Source: Naegleria gruberi
Taxonomy: Eukaryota
Length of the DNA: 64,000 nucleotides
NCBI GenBank assembly: GCA_000004985.1
Contig: GG738850.1
Direction: 5' to 3' (one strand)
Position numbers and translations under genes: made by a program. The notes below the pieces were generated by a model that searched no databases, had not been told where the DNA came from, and saw only the letters and a program-made list of their open reading frames with translations. Positions 48,801 to 58,880 of the stretch are shown in pieces. Position 1 is the first letter of the stretch; each line of letters opens with the position of its first letter.

Positions 48801-51800
48801 ATCTGTCTCAATGGCTTGTAAGAGCTATCAACACATTGAAAGAAGATACAATTATACCACACCAAAGAGTTTCTTGGAACTTATTGAAGTATACAAGACA
48901 TTGTTGGCCAAGAAGAGAGAAGAATTGAACGGAACAATTGAACGTTTGAGTAATGGTTTGACCAAGATTAATGAATCTGAAGAAAAGGTCAAGGAATTAT
49001 CAACTGTACTTGCTCAAGAAGCTATCATTGTCGAAGAAAAGAAGAGAGCAACAGAAGAACTCTTGGCTAAGGTTACAAAAGAAAATACCTTCTTAGCCAG
49101 TCAGCAAAAGATTGTCGAAGAGGAAGAAGTTAAACAAAACAAGGTTGTTGATGAAGTTAATGCCCTTGCTAAGGTCTGTACAGATGAATTGAAACAAGCT
49201 GAACCTCTTATTGAAAAGGCTAAGAAGTCATTGGAAGTTTTGAATGTTAAAGATTTCCAAGAATTGAAGTCATTTACCAATCCTCCAGCATTTGTCGACG
49301 TTGTTTTGTCTGCTGTCATGATTTTGAAGGCACAAAGAGGTGTACCAAAGAATGTTGTTTGGGCTGAATCCAAGAAGATGATGAATAATCCAAACCAATT
49401 CATGGTTGAATTAGTTTCTTACAATGCTGAATCCATTCCAAAGATTCCACAAGAAAATATTGATGCTTTGAAGAATAGCAAATATCTTCAACATCCAAAC
49501 TTTGTTCCATCCTTCATTGAAAGCAAGTCAACAGCTGCTGCTGGTTTGTGCGATTGGGTTATTAACGTTGTTGCTTTCTATGATTTGGACAAACAAATTG
49601 AACCAAAGAGACAAAAGTTGTCCCAAGCTATGGAAGAAAAGGAAAAGAACGAATCTCACTTGAAGAAGATTAGTGACAAATTGAACACACTCAGAAAGGC
49701 AAAGGAGCAAGCTGAAACTGAACACAATAATGCTGCTCAAGAATTGGTTAGAATTGAAAAGCAAAGAAAGAAGACTGAAGACAAATTGAATCTTGCTCAC
49801 AGATTGGTCAATGGTTTGTCTGATGAAAAGATCAGATGGGCTGAATCTATCAAGGATTTAAGAGAAAGAGAAAAGACTCTCGTTGGTGATGTATTGTTGG
49901 CCGCTGCTTTCCTTTCATATGTCGGTCCTTTCACCAAAAAGTATAGAAATATGCTTATTGAAGAAAAGTGGATTATCGATCTCAAAGAAAGAAAGATTCC
50001 AACATCAGAAGGTATTGATCCTCTCTTTGGTGTACTTGCTGAAGAAGCTCAAGTTGCCCAATGGAACAACGAAGGTTTGCCATCAGATAGAGTTTCAGTT
50101 GAAAATGGTTCCATTGTTACCAATTGTAAACGTTGGCCATTGTTGATTGATCCACAATTGCAAGGTGTTAAATGGATTAAGAATATGGAAAGTAAGAATA
50201 ACTTGCAAGTCATTCAATTGACAAAGAAGGGATATTTGGAAACTCTTATCCACGCTATTATGAATGGTTATCCTGTTTTGATCGAAAATATTGGAGAAAA
50301 TATTGATCCAATTCTTGATCCATTGCTTGCACAAAGTTATACAAGAAAGGGTAACTCTGTATCTATCAAGCTTGGTAATCGTGAAGTTGATTTTGATCCT
50401 AAATTCAGACTTTACCTTCAAACCAAATTACCAAATCCTCACTATAGACCTGAAATTGTTGCTCAAACAACCTTGTTGAACTTTATGGTCACTGAACAAG
50501 GTTTGGATGATCAATTGCTTGGTACTGTTGTCAATAAGGAAAGACCTGACTTGGAAGAATTGAGACTTTCATATTTGAGACAACTTAGACAATTCAAGAT
50601 TGAACTTAAGGGGTGTGAAGATGCTCTTAGAAATGAATTGTCAAATGCCAAGGGTGATTATTTGGAAAATCACAGACTTATTGATAACTTGGAAGCAACC
50701 AAGAAGAAATCTCAACAAATCAACGTCAGTCTTAAAGAAATTCTTGAAAATAACAAGATGATTGATGAAAGTCGTTCAGTTTATAGAACCGTTTCTACAA
50801 GAGGTTCCATGTTGTATTTCCTTATTGACCAATTGTCAAAGATTGACCACATGTATCAATATTCTCTTGAAGCCTTTATGGTTGTATTTAACAAGGCTCT
50901 TGAAAAGGCTGAACCAGCTGATAATGTAGATAAGAGAGTTGAAAACATTGTCGATAGTATTACAGAAACATTGTTCAGTTACGTTTCTAGAGGTCTCTTT
51001 GAAAGACACAAGCTCATCTTCTCAATGATGTTGTGTATTGAAATTATGAGAAAGAAGGGAGAAATTGAACCAAACCAAATTGACTTTTTACTTAGAGCTC
51101 CTAGAGTTGATGGTGTTGAAAGAAAGGAAACTGTTATTGGTTGGTGTTCTGAATTGAGTTGGGCCTATGTACAAGCACTTACTGCTATTGAAGGTACTAG
51201 TCCAGCATTCTCACTCTTACCAGATGATATGGCTGGTTCTTGGAGAAGATGGAAAGAATGGACTGAATTTGAAAAGCCAGAAGAAAAACCATTACCATTA
51301 GAATGGAAGAACTTGTTACCATTCCAAAAGTTGTTGATTATCAGATGTCTCAGACCTGACAGATTAACTATGGCTGTAACAAACTTTGTAAAGGAGAGAA
51401 TTGGTGAGAAATACGTTAAGGATATTCCTGTTGACCTTGAAGTTTCATATGGTGATGCAGGTCCTACTACACCATTATTCTTTATCCTTTCTCCTGGTGT
51501 TGACCCTGTAAAGGCTGTTGAAAGAATTGGTGAAAAGTTTGGTTTTACAGAATCTGCAGGTAAATTCAAGAACGTTTCTTTGGGTGAAGGTCAAACAGTT
51601 GTTGCCGAAAATGCCCTTCAACATGCTTTCAGAACTGGTGGTTGGGTCATGTTGAACAATCTTCACTTGACTCCTGAATGGTTAGGTGCTTTGGAAAAGA
51701 AATTGGATCAATATGCTGAACAATATGGTAGACAAGAAATGAGAGAAAAGAAGAGAAGAGAAAAGGAAGGATTAAAGAGATCATCCTCTGCTGCTGCTTC

Positions 51801-53472
51801 CAGGAGATTAGAAGAGGAAGAACAAGTTGAAGGTGAAAAGGGAGAAGAACCTGAAGTTGGTATTTCTATTGATCCAACCTCCCCACAAGAAGATAAGAAA
51901 GCAGAAATTCCAGAGGTTGAAGAAGATTCTGAAGAATCAGATGAAGAAGAAGATTTGGGACATCCAGACTTTAGAGTATTCCTTTCAGCTGAACCTTCTA
52001 ACCAAATTCCAATTGGTATCTTGCAAAGATCTATTAAGCTAACTAACGAACCTCCAAGTGGTTTGAGAGCCAACTTGTTCAGATCCCTTATGCAATTTGA
52101 TGATAATATTTGGGAAGGAAGTTCCAAACAAACAGAATTCAAGGGAATCTTGTTCTCACTCTGTTTCTTCCATGCTTGTATTGTTGAAAGAAAGAAGTTC
52201 GGTCCTCAAGGTTGGAACAGAAACTATCCATTTAACCTTGGTGATTTAATTACCTGTATTCACGTCTTGAACAATTACTTGGAAGATAGACCAAAGGTTC
52301 CATGGGAAGATTTGAGATACGTTTTTGGTGAAATTATGTATGGTGGCCACATTACTGATGACTGGGATAGAAAACTCTGTAAGACCTATTTGGAGAAGTT
52401 TATTAGACCTGATGTTGTTGATCAACTTGAGTTGTGTCCAGAATTCCTTTCACCTCCAACCAACTTGACTTATAAGGGATATTTGGAATATGTTGAAAAG
52501 GTTTTGCCACCTGAAAGTCCAGTTGCCTTTGGTTTGCATCCTAACGCTGAAATTGGTTTCAGAACCACTCAAGGTGAAAATATGTTCAACATGATTGCAG
52601 AAATGCAACCTCGTTCAACTTCTGCTGGTGATGGTATGTCCTACCAAGATAAGGTTCAAGCAGGTATTCGTAGAATTTTGGACACTTTACCAGAACCATT
52701 TAACCTTGAAGAAATTGCTGATAGACTTGATGAAGAAAGAACTCCATACCAAAACTCATTCTATCAAGAATGTGAATACATGAATAGATTATTGGTAGAA
52801 TTAGATAGATCACTCAAGGAATTGCAAAGTGGTTTGGATGGTTTGTTGACAATTACTGAAAAGATGACCATTCTCCAAGATTGTATCTATCAAAATAAGG
52901 TTCCAGAAACTTGGTCATCTCTTGCTTATCCATCTCCAAGAAAATTGGACTCATGGTTTGATGACTTGATGCAAAGATATGCACAATTATTGAATTGGAC
53001 AGGAGACTTGCAAACACCAAAGGTTGTTTGGATTTCTGGATTGTTCAATCCTCAATCATTCTTGACTGCCATTATGCAAACTATTGCCAGACAAAAGACT
53101 TGGGCTCTAGATGAAATGACTCTAGTTGCTGAAGTAACAAAGAAGTATGCTGTAGATGAAATTGAACAATCTGCCAGAGAAGGTGCCTATGTTACTGGTA
53201 TGTTCTTGGAAGGTGCTGGTTGGGATCCAAAGAAGAATCACTTGATCGACTCCAAATTGAAGGATTTGCATCCAAGAATGCCAATTATCCACATTAAGGC
53301 TGTTCAAAATGAAAAGTCTGATCCAAACAGCTTCTACGATTGTCCTGTTTACAGAACACCTGATAGAGGTCCTGATTATATTTTCACATGCAAGTTAAAG
53401 ACTCGTGATCATCCAAGTAAATGGATTATGGGTGGTGTTGCTATGATTTTGGATCAAGTGGATACATTGTAA
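39858..53472 (+). CDS. axonemal dynein heavy chain, exon 2 (acceptor at 39857 or alternatively 39908; both keep the frame)
   Basis: Continuous ~4,530-codon frame. The DHC N-terminal region reads ..KVICFFKKTKVSITPENI... AAA1 is [31 protein letters not shown]; the TETTKDL form fits axonemal rather than cytoplasmic dynein. AAA2 is GPAGSGKS, AAA3 is GTAGTGKT, AAA4 is GVGGSGKQS. It also has the coiled-coil stalk, AAA5/6 and a C-terminal domain. Confidence 0.95.
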
Positions 53473-53596
53473 ATAAACAATTTATTATTTAATTAAAAAC
53501 GTTTTTCTAATTTTTGAGGAGTTTTTATGTTCTAAACTTTGAATACTTATGGTATATACGAGTAGCCGAATTTAAATTATTAAGATTAAAAAGGTG

Positions 53597-53667
53597 TAGG
53601 AAGACAGGGAATCGAACCCTGATCTTAGGAACCACAATCCCATGTTCTACCACTGAACTATCTCCCT
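53597..53667 (-). tRNA. tRNA-His (anticodon GUG)
   Basis: Reverse complement AGGGAGA-TA-GTTC-AGTGGTA-GAAC-A-TGGGA-TTGTGGT-TCCTA-AGAT-CAGGG-TTCGATT-CCCTG-TCTTCCT-A. The 7-bp acceptor has one G-U pair, the D-stem is a perfect 4 bp, the anticodon loop is U-U-GUG-G-U, the T-loop is TTCGATT and the discriminator is A. No G(-1) is encoded, as expected in eukaryotes. Confidence 0.85.
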
Positions 53668-53729
53668 TCTTGCTTAAAACTAAATGAATTCATAATTTTA
53701 AAACCTCAAACTCGTCAACTCTCCGATTA

Positions 53730-53738
53730 AGGTGGCGG
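53730..53738 (+). repeat. left terminal inverted repeat GGTGGCGGT
   Basis: Direct read; preceded by TTAA (53726-53729). Confidence 0.6.
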
Positions 53739-54145
53739 TAGGTGTTTCCGAAAATATTCCTTCAATAAAAAAAAAAATTGTTGTGATGAAATACTTTTCT
53801 GTTCCTTTGCTCTCCTTTCCGTCTGCTAATAGTGAACCAATATGTGCTAATCTTTTATATCGTAAATAATATTATTGTCTAGTTGTTTTTCAAATTTTGA
53901 TCAATAGATACTAGCTTTCACAGAGAAAATTTAGAGTTTTACATTTAAAAATTAAATTAGATTTTTCACTATTTGATCCTCCTTGATCCCACGATCGGAA
54001 GAGTTTCTAAATTCAAAATAATGTAGACTGTGTGTTGGTTACTTTTCGTCATGCTTTGTCATGCTTTAATTGTGATTTTACCTTCAGTTCCACAAGAACG
54101 AAAATTGGCAAACAAAGAACAACAACAACAAACAATCACAAAAAA

Positions 54146-56044
54146 ATGCAAAGAAAATTTTGTTTTGTTTGTGGAGTCTTGACAGGTGTTTTTGCAGCAA
54201 AATTCTACACAGTTAAGAATGGATTTGTTGGTAAAATACCTATTCATCATGCATGCCACGATGGTATAATTTGTGGAAAACATTATAACATATTCAGGAG
54301 ACAATTTAATAATTTAGATGAGAACTTTACAAATATTGAATTTGGAACAAATGAAACAGTACAACATAATCACTCTAACAAAACTCAATCATATCAATTT
54401 CACATTCATAATGAAAGTAACATTTTACCCTTAGACCCACAGTCATTTAAAAGTTTAGAAAATCAAAATATCGGCCTTACCATTATTCCAACTGACCACT
54501 TGATTCGTATTGTGAAACCAGTACAGTGTAAAATCTGTGAGAGCACAAATATACATTTAAGAGAAATTACTAAAAATGGATTTGAACAGATATTCCGTTT
54601 TACTTGTTTGGCTTGTAATACGGTATTTGTTTTTAGAACATGTCCAAGGAATCTTAAATTGAATAGACATATTATTCAATCATTTGAACTCTCGAACTCT
54701 ACCTATGAATCATTTAAAACATTTACAACCCTTGTCGGATTGCCAATAATTAATAAGAAATCATATTATCAAGCAACAAACAAGTTATGGAGCAGTAGTA
54801 GTCAAGTATTAAATCAAGAAATGGACAAGGAATTGGAAAAGATTGCAAATCAGAAAATGAAACAAGTGCTTGGTCCTTTAATTTCTGCATTTGAACTGGG
54901 AAGAGAAGTTCCGGCATTGATTTACTCCTTCATTCATGATGCAATATTTTTGGATATATCAGTTGATGCAAGATATTCATCTAGGAGAAATGTTTACGAA
55001 TGTACTCTTGTGGTATTCGAAACAAAGGCAAAAAAAACAATTGAACGATCACACGTTATCAAGAAAAGAGCATCTAATAGAAAAAGTGCCTTACAATGGT
55101 TTATGGGAGCCTCTAAATTAATGGAGCCAGAAGCATGTCGTTTAGCAATTACATCTTTGAAACACAAGTCATTTCCAGTAATGGGTTATGGTATTTTACA
55201 TTTCAAAATTGGCTCTTTTGTTCATGACAAAGACTCAACTGTGGCAGCAGTCATCAAGAAATTAGAACCAACAGCATTAGAAAAGTTAGATCCAAATCAT
55301 GTAATCAAAAATCTGAGCAAGGAAGTAGAAGAAAAAGCACCCCGTATTGCCAGTATTATTGTATCATCCTTTAGGAAAGCTCTAAAATTAGCCAACACCA
55401 CCACTAATTCAAATGAGAAACTCCAAGCATTATTGAAAGCTTATCCACAACATTTACAAAATAACCATTCTCTGTGCGATTCAGGTTGTCCACACACAAT
55501 TAAACCAGAAAAATTGATCACTAAAGAGGAAGCACAAGTTGTTAAAGAAATATTTGACAAACGAATCAAATATAGTCACAAATTTTGTGATATTGCATGC
55601 AATAGCCAAAACAATGAGTCCATACATAGTACTATTTGTCATACAACACCAAAGACATTAGATTTCAGTCGAAATTATTGTGGAAGAGCTGATCTGGCAA
55701 TAGGTGAACGATTGCTTGGAAAATTTGCACAATTAAGAAAAATTCAAAGATTTATTGGTAGTCTCTTCGTGATTCCAAAAGAGCAGGCCATCAAGTTAGA
55801 TACTCAATATCATCAGGATAAAATAAGGAAACAGTCTAAAGCTTATAAGGAAAGAAGAGTGGAGCTTCGGAAAACAAAACTTAAGGTAAAAGAATCTCCA
55901 CAGCCAAAGGGAACAATTGGAAGTTGCACATGTTCGAAGGGTTCGACATGTACAAAAGCTTGTCCATGCAGAAAAGCCGGGAAATCATGTACTTCCAAAT
56001 GCTCTTGTTCCCTTACCAAATGTTCAAACAACAAAAAAGTTTGA
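54146..56044 (+). CDS. element-encoded protein (632 aa) with N-terminal zinc-finger motifs and C-terminal CXC-type cysteine cluster; putative transposase
   Basis: ATG at 54146 (cacaaaaaaATG; the ORF-track start at 54032 is TTG). It has CFVCGV...HHACHDGIICGKH (C2-CH/THAP-like spacing) and CKICESTN...CLACN (C2C2). The central ~350 aa contain acidic motifs FLDISVDARYSSRRN and SFVHDKDS, possibly DDE/DDD catalytic residues. The C-terminus CTCSKGSTCTKACPCRKAGKSCTSKCSCSLTKC fits the CXC/tesmin-like pattern CxCx5Cx3CxCx6Cx3CxCx4C. Confidence 0.65.
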   Translation: MQRKFCFVCGVLTGVFAAKFYTVKNGFVGKIPIHHACHDGIICGKHYNIFRRQFNNLDENFTNIEFGTNETVQHNHSNKTQSYQFHIHNESNILPLDPQSFKSLENQNIGLTIIPTDHLIRIVKPVQCKICESTNIHLREITKNGFEQIFRFTCLACNTVFVFRTCPRNLKLNRHIIQSFELSNSTYESFKTFTTLVGLPIINKKSYYQATNKLWSSSSQVLNQEMDKELEKIANQKMKQVLGPLISAFELGREVPALIYSFIHDAIFLDISVDARYSSRRNVYECTLVVFETKAKKTIERSHVIKKRASNRKSALQWFMGASKLMEPEACRLAITSLKHKSFPVMGYGILHFKIGSFVHDKDSTVAAVIKKLEPTALEKLDPNHVIKNLSKEVEEKAPRIASIIVSSFRKALKLANTTTNSNEKLQALLKAYPQHLQNNHSLCDSGCPHTIKPEKLITKEEAQVVKEIFDKRIKYSHKFCDIACNSQNNESIHSTICHTTPKTLDFSRNYCGRADLAIGERLLGKFAQLRKIQRFIGSLFVIPKEQAIKLDTQYHQDKIRKQSKAYKERRVELRKTKLKVKESPQPKGTIGSCTCSKGSTCTKACPCRKAGKSCTSKCSCSLTKCSNNKKV

Positions 56045-56155
56045 CTTGTAATAATAAATGATTTTTTATTAAAATTGCTAAATTTGTAATTTTGCCAATA
56101 ATAGATATTCGAATATTTGTAAACCAACATTTGCACTTCCAATTAAAATAGGTAG

Positions 56156-56164
56156 ACCGCCACC
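56156..56164 (-). repeat. right terminal inverted repeat (reverse complement GGTGGCGGT)
   Basis: Direct read; followed by TTAA (56165-56168). Confidence 0.6.
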
Positions 56165-56250
56165 TTAAAATCGTTTACTTAACTTTCGAATAACTTACTC
56201 CGTGCCATGAACACATATCAAAATTTAATTTACAATTAAAGATTTATTAT

Positions 56251-57585
56251 TTAATTTACTCTTTGGAGAATTGCTTGGTGAACATCGTTAAGTTTGACAG
56301 TCCATTGGCTCAAAGCCTTGTATCGGGTCAATTCTTGTCCTTGTGAAGAAAGTGTGATCATTTGGTTGACTTGATCAACATAACCATCCAATTTACCATC
56401 CAAAATCATGTCAATAACTAAAGCTTCAACATCTTCAGCAGAAATGCTCAATTCCTTTCCTAAGAAGGTCATCTTGATACGAGTGTATGGCTTCATAATC
56501 TTACCCAAGACACGTGTACGAATTGTCTTTAACAAATCTTCAATATATTCCTTCATGAAATTGTCTTCTAAAATAGCCTTCTTGTTATTCTTCAAAACCT
56601 TGTCGAATTCCTTGATATTGGCTTGTTGGTAGTGTTGAACAAGATCAGTCATGGCTACAATATCAGAGTGACCCTTGTATGGTTTAGCTTCGTTGGCATC
56701 AAAAGGATTGATAGAAGATTGAGACAAGATTGAAGCCAAAACCAAATACTTCAAACAATCAATACGACGTGGATTACCAGCTTCATCATATGATTTGAAA
56801 GCTTCGAAAAAGTCATTAAAAGCTTCACTCCACTTCTTTTCACGCATATACATTTTACCACCACATTCACGAATAATACCAGTAATACGAGGATTCAAAA
56901 CGACAGCACCTCCTGAAATGATACCAATACATCTTTGATAAAGTTGGGCAAGTTTCTTGAGTTGATTTTGTTCACTGTACATTTGAATTTCAAGAACATA
57001 AACATCCAACATGTTAGATGACTTCTTTTCATCGGGCGTAACACCATCTTCTAACATACACCACTTTTTAAGATCGGTAATACAAGTGTTGAGCTTTTCA
57101 AAATCACGTGTTTGTGTAAACAATTGACCTTGCTTGAGTTTGGTATTAAACCACAACTTTTCATTGTTAGCCTTTAACAAAACTTCAAGAGTCATTCCGT
57201 AGATTTGATCAAGCATATTCTTATCTGTTGATGATGATACCATAGATAAAACCTTGTTGATAGCCTTTTCACTTTCATTTCTAGAAACAATACTCATGTA
57301 GGTGAGCAATTCCTTGTAACGTTGTACCATTTGTTCCATCATACCAGCCTTGAAAAGAGTCTTGACCATTTGCTTGAGTGATTTAAAACCCCATTGTCCC
57401 TTCTCTTCTTCCAAGTCAAGGACAGTTTGGAAAAGTTCGAGGGCTTCATCCAAGTTTTCATCAACTTCACCCTTGGCAGTGTAGTAAGTATTTTCGACAA
57501 GGTTTTCATCGACTTCATCGTCCAACATTTCATCATCTCCCTTGTCATTATCATCGAGACCTACAACTTCACCTTCATCATCTTC
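56251..57585 (-). CDS. CSN2: COP9 signalosome complex subunit 2 (PCI-domain protein), exon 2
   Basis: Collinear with human CSN2: [21 protein letters not shown] against LDLEEEKGQWGFKSLKQMVKT, GVIRECGGKMHLRE against GIIRECGGKMYMRE, and PRRTTCLKYLVLANML against PRRIDCLKYLVLASIL. It then has the PCI domain and the C-terminal WTNQLNSLNQAV-like tail. Confidence 0.9.
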   Translation of the reverse strand, partial: EDDEGEVVGLDDNDKGDDEMLDDEVDENLVENTYYTAKGEVDENLDEALELFQTVLDLEEEKGQWGFKSLKQMVKTLFKAGMMEQMVQRYKELLTYMSIVSRNESEKAINKVLSMVSSSTDKNMLDQIYGMTLEVLLKANNEKLWFNTKLKQGQLFTQTRDFEKLNTCITDLKKWCMLEDGVTPDEKKSSNMLDVYVLEIQMYSEQNQLKKLAQLYQRCIGIISGGAVVLNPRITGIIRECGGKMYMREKKWSEAFNDFFEAFKSYDEAGNPRRIDCLKYLVLASILSQSSINPFDANEAKPYKGHSDIVAMTDLVQHYQQANIKEFDKVLKNNKKAILEDNFMKEYIEDLLKTIRTRVLGKIMKPYTRIKMTFLGKELSISAEDVEALVIDMILDGKLDGYVDQVNQMITLSSQGQELTRYKALSQWTVKLNDVHQAILQRVN

Positions 57586-57820
57586 CTATTATTATTATTT
57601 TGTTATTAATGAATTAGTATTTTCATGATGATCAGAGAATATGTTGAGATATGGAAATTGTTAAATTCAACAATATAATGATCAGCAAGAGAAAATATAT
57701 TCATATATGATAATATTAAAAAATCATGAATTAAATGTTGAATATTTTTGATCATTATCAAAATACATCATCATAAAAGATCTTGATCAATCACTACTAT
57801 CAAAAAACATTACTACGTAC

Positions 57821-57850
57821 AATTTCGAATTCAACATCATCATCAGCCAT
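57821..57850 (-). CDS. CSN2: COP9 signalosome subunit 2, exon 1
   Basis: ATG at 57850 gives MADDDVEFEI, then a GTACGT donor. The 235-nt intron 57586..57820 ends ..AATAG. The spliced N-terminus MADDDVEFEIEDDEGEVVGLDD.. is acidic, like the human CSN2 N-terminus. Confidence 0.7.
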
Positions 57851-58269
57851 TTTGTGTGTGTTTATAGAGTACAAGGATACCAAGTGGTAATTATTTTTTA
57901 AAAATAAAAATTGATGATCTTTTTTTGCTGTGTGTTGTTGGGTGGAACTCGTTACAAAGTCGAACAAGCCACTGATTTCCACTGTGCAAGTTCACTTTAA
58001 AAAAATATTTTTAGAACACCTGATCCGATGAGCAGAAGAAAACAATCATCTACTTTTGACTAAATTACAAATAATAAATATTGGTGGTAGATTAATAAGT
58101 AGATTATCAAGAATTTATAATGTAATTTATGTTGTAGAATATTGTGGATCATCGCGATGATGATTATTATTTGTGAATATATTTAATTACCATAAATGAG
58201 GATTGTTTTGTAGTAAAATAATTTCATCATGATGGTTGTTATCATTAATCTTTATTACTCTAAACGTCT

Positions 58270-58410
58270 TGTAACCTGGAAGTTTTCTCTTGAAAGAGGG
58301 CCTTCCATTCATGGAGAGACCATACAGAGAGCTGTGGTTTCCATCGCGGACAGAGAATAAGGTCACACGCCTAATTTCTGTGGTACTACCCGCTTACATA
58401 CTCAAATTTT
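58270..58410. ncRNA. candidate structured small RNA (unclassified); GC-rich island in AT-rich intergenic DNA
   Basis: Local hairpins CTCTTGAAAGAG and CCATTCATGG, an ACAGAGA heptamer, an Sm-site-like AATTTCTGTGG, and a T-run (ATTTTATTACTTTT) downstream. It does not match the conserved U6 core AGAUUAGCA. Confidence 0.15.
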
Positions 58411-58880
58411 ATTACTTTTACACTTATTAAGCATTATCAATCATTTATTGATTGTACTTTGAATGAAACAGGAGTTGACAAGAAGCTCAATTCACTTTTT
58501 ATTAGAAATTTTATGAAAGCTTATCAAATGTTGAGCTCAATGGACCAATGTCACTGATACCAAAAAGGATGGAATAGTTGATAGCTTGGCAGCAAGCTCT
58601 TTACTCTTGAAATTTGATTGTCATCACCTCTTCAAAACAATAACTGAAATTCTATCATTGTGAACAATAGCATTCAATGATTTTAGTCGCTAGTAGTGAT
58701 TGCTATGTTTCTTTCTTTTTTATTACATGAGGTAATTTGAAATGATTTACTTTCCTCTTGCTATTTATTTGATAAACGAACTATTGATTTACCTTCAGTT
58801 TACAATTTTCATTCATGTTGTACATCATTTTCTTTTGTGTGGATTCAGCAATAAGAATAATAGAAACAGGACAGCTTTAT

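Larger units (their letters stand above)
53726..56168. mobile_element. candidate cut-and-paste DNA transposon: TTAA / 9-bp TIR GGTGGCGGT ... ACCGCCACC / TTAA, 2,435 bp between the TTAAs, single ORF
   Basis: Left end is 53726 TTAA-GGTGGCGGTAGGTG. Right end is ATAGGTAGACCGCCACC-TTAA 56168. The terminal 9-mers are perfect inverse complements. They are GC-rich in an AT-rich background, so a chance match is unlikely. The unit sits in a convergent 3'/3' intergenic region about 60 bp from tRNA-His. The overall architecture resembles piggyBac (about 2.4 kb, TTAA flanks, short TIRs, a protein of about 600 aa with a C-terminal Cys-rich domain). Confidence 0.45.

Noticed and set aside
53726-56168. Firm assignment of the element to the piggyBac superfamily
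   Set aside because: The termini are GGT../..ACC rather than the CCC../..GGG typical of piggyBac. The C-terminal Cys cluster has CXC (tesmin-like) spacing rather than the piggyBac CRD pattern. Only the architecture and the TTAA flanks match.
58270-58410. U6 snRNA (because of ACAGAGA)
   Set aside because: The universally conserved AGAUUAGCA following ACAGAGA and the U6 5' stem-loop are absent. The other major spliceosomal snRNA cores were not matched either, so it is kept only as an unclassified ncRNA candidate.
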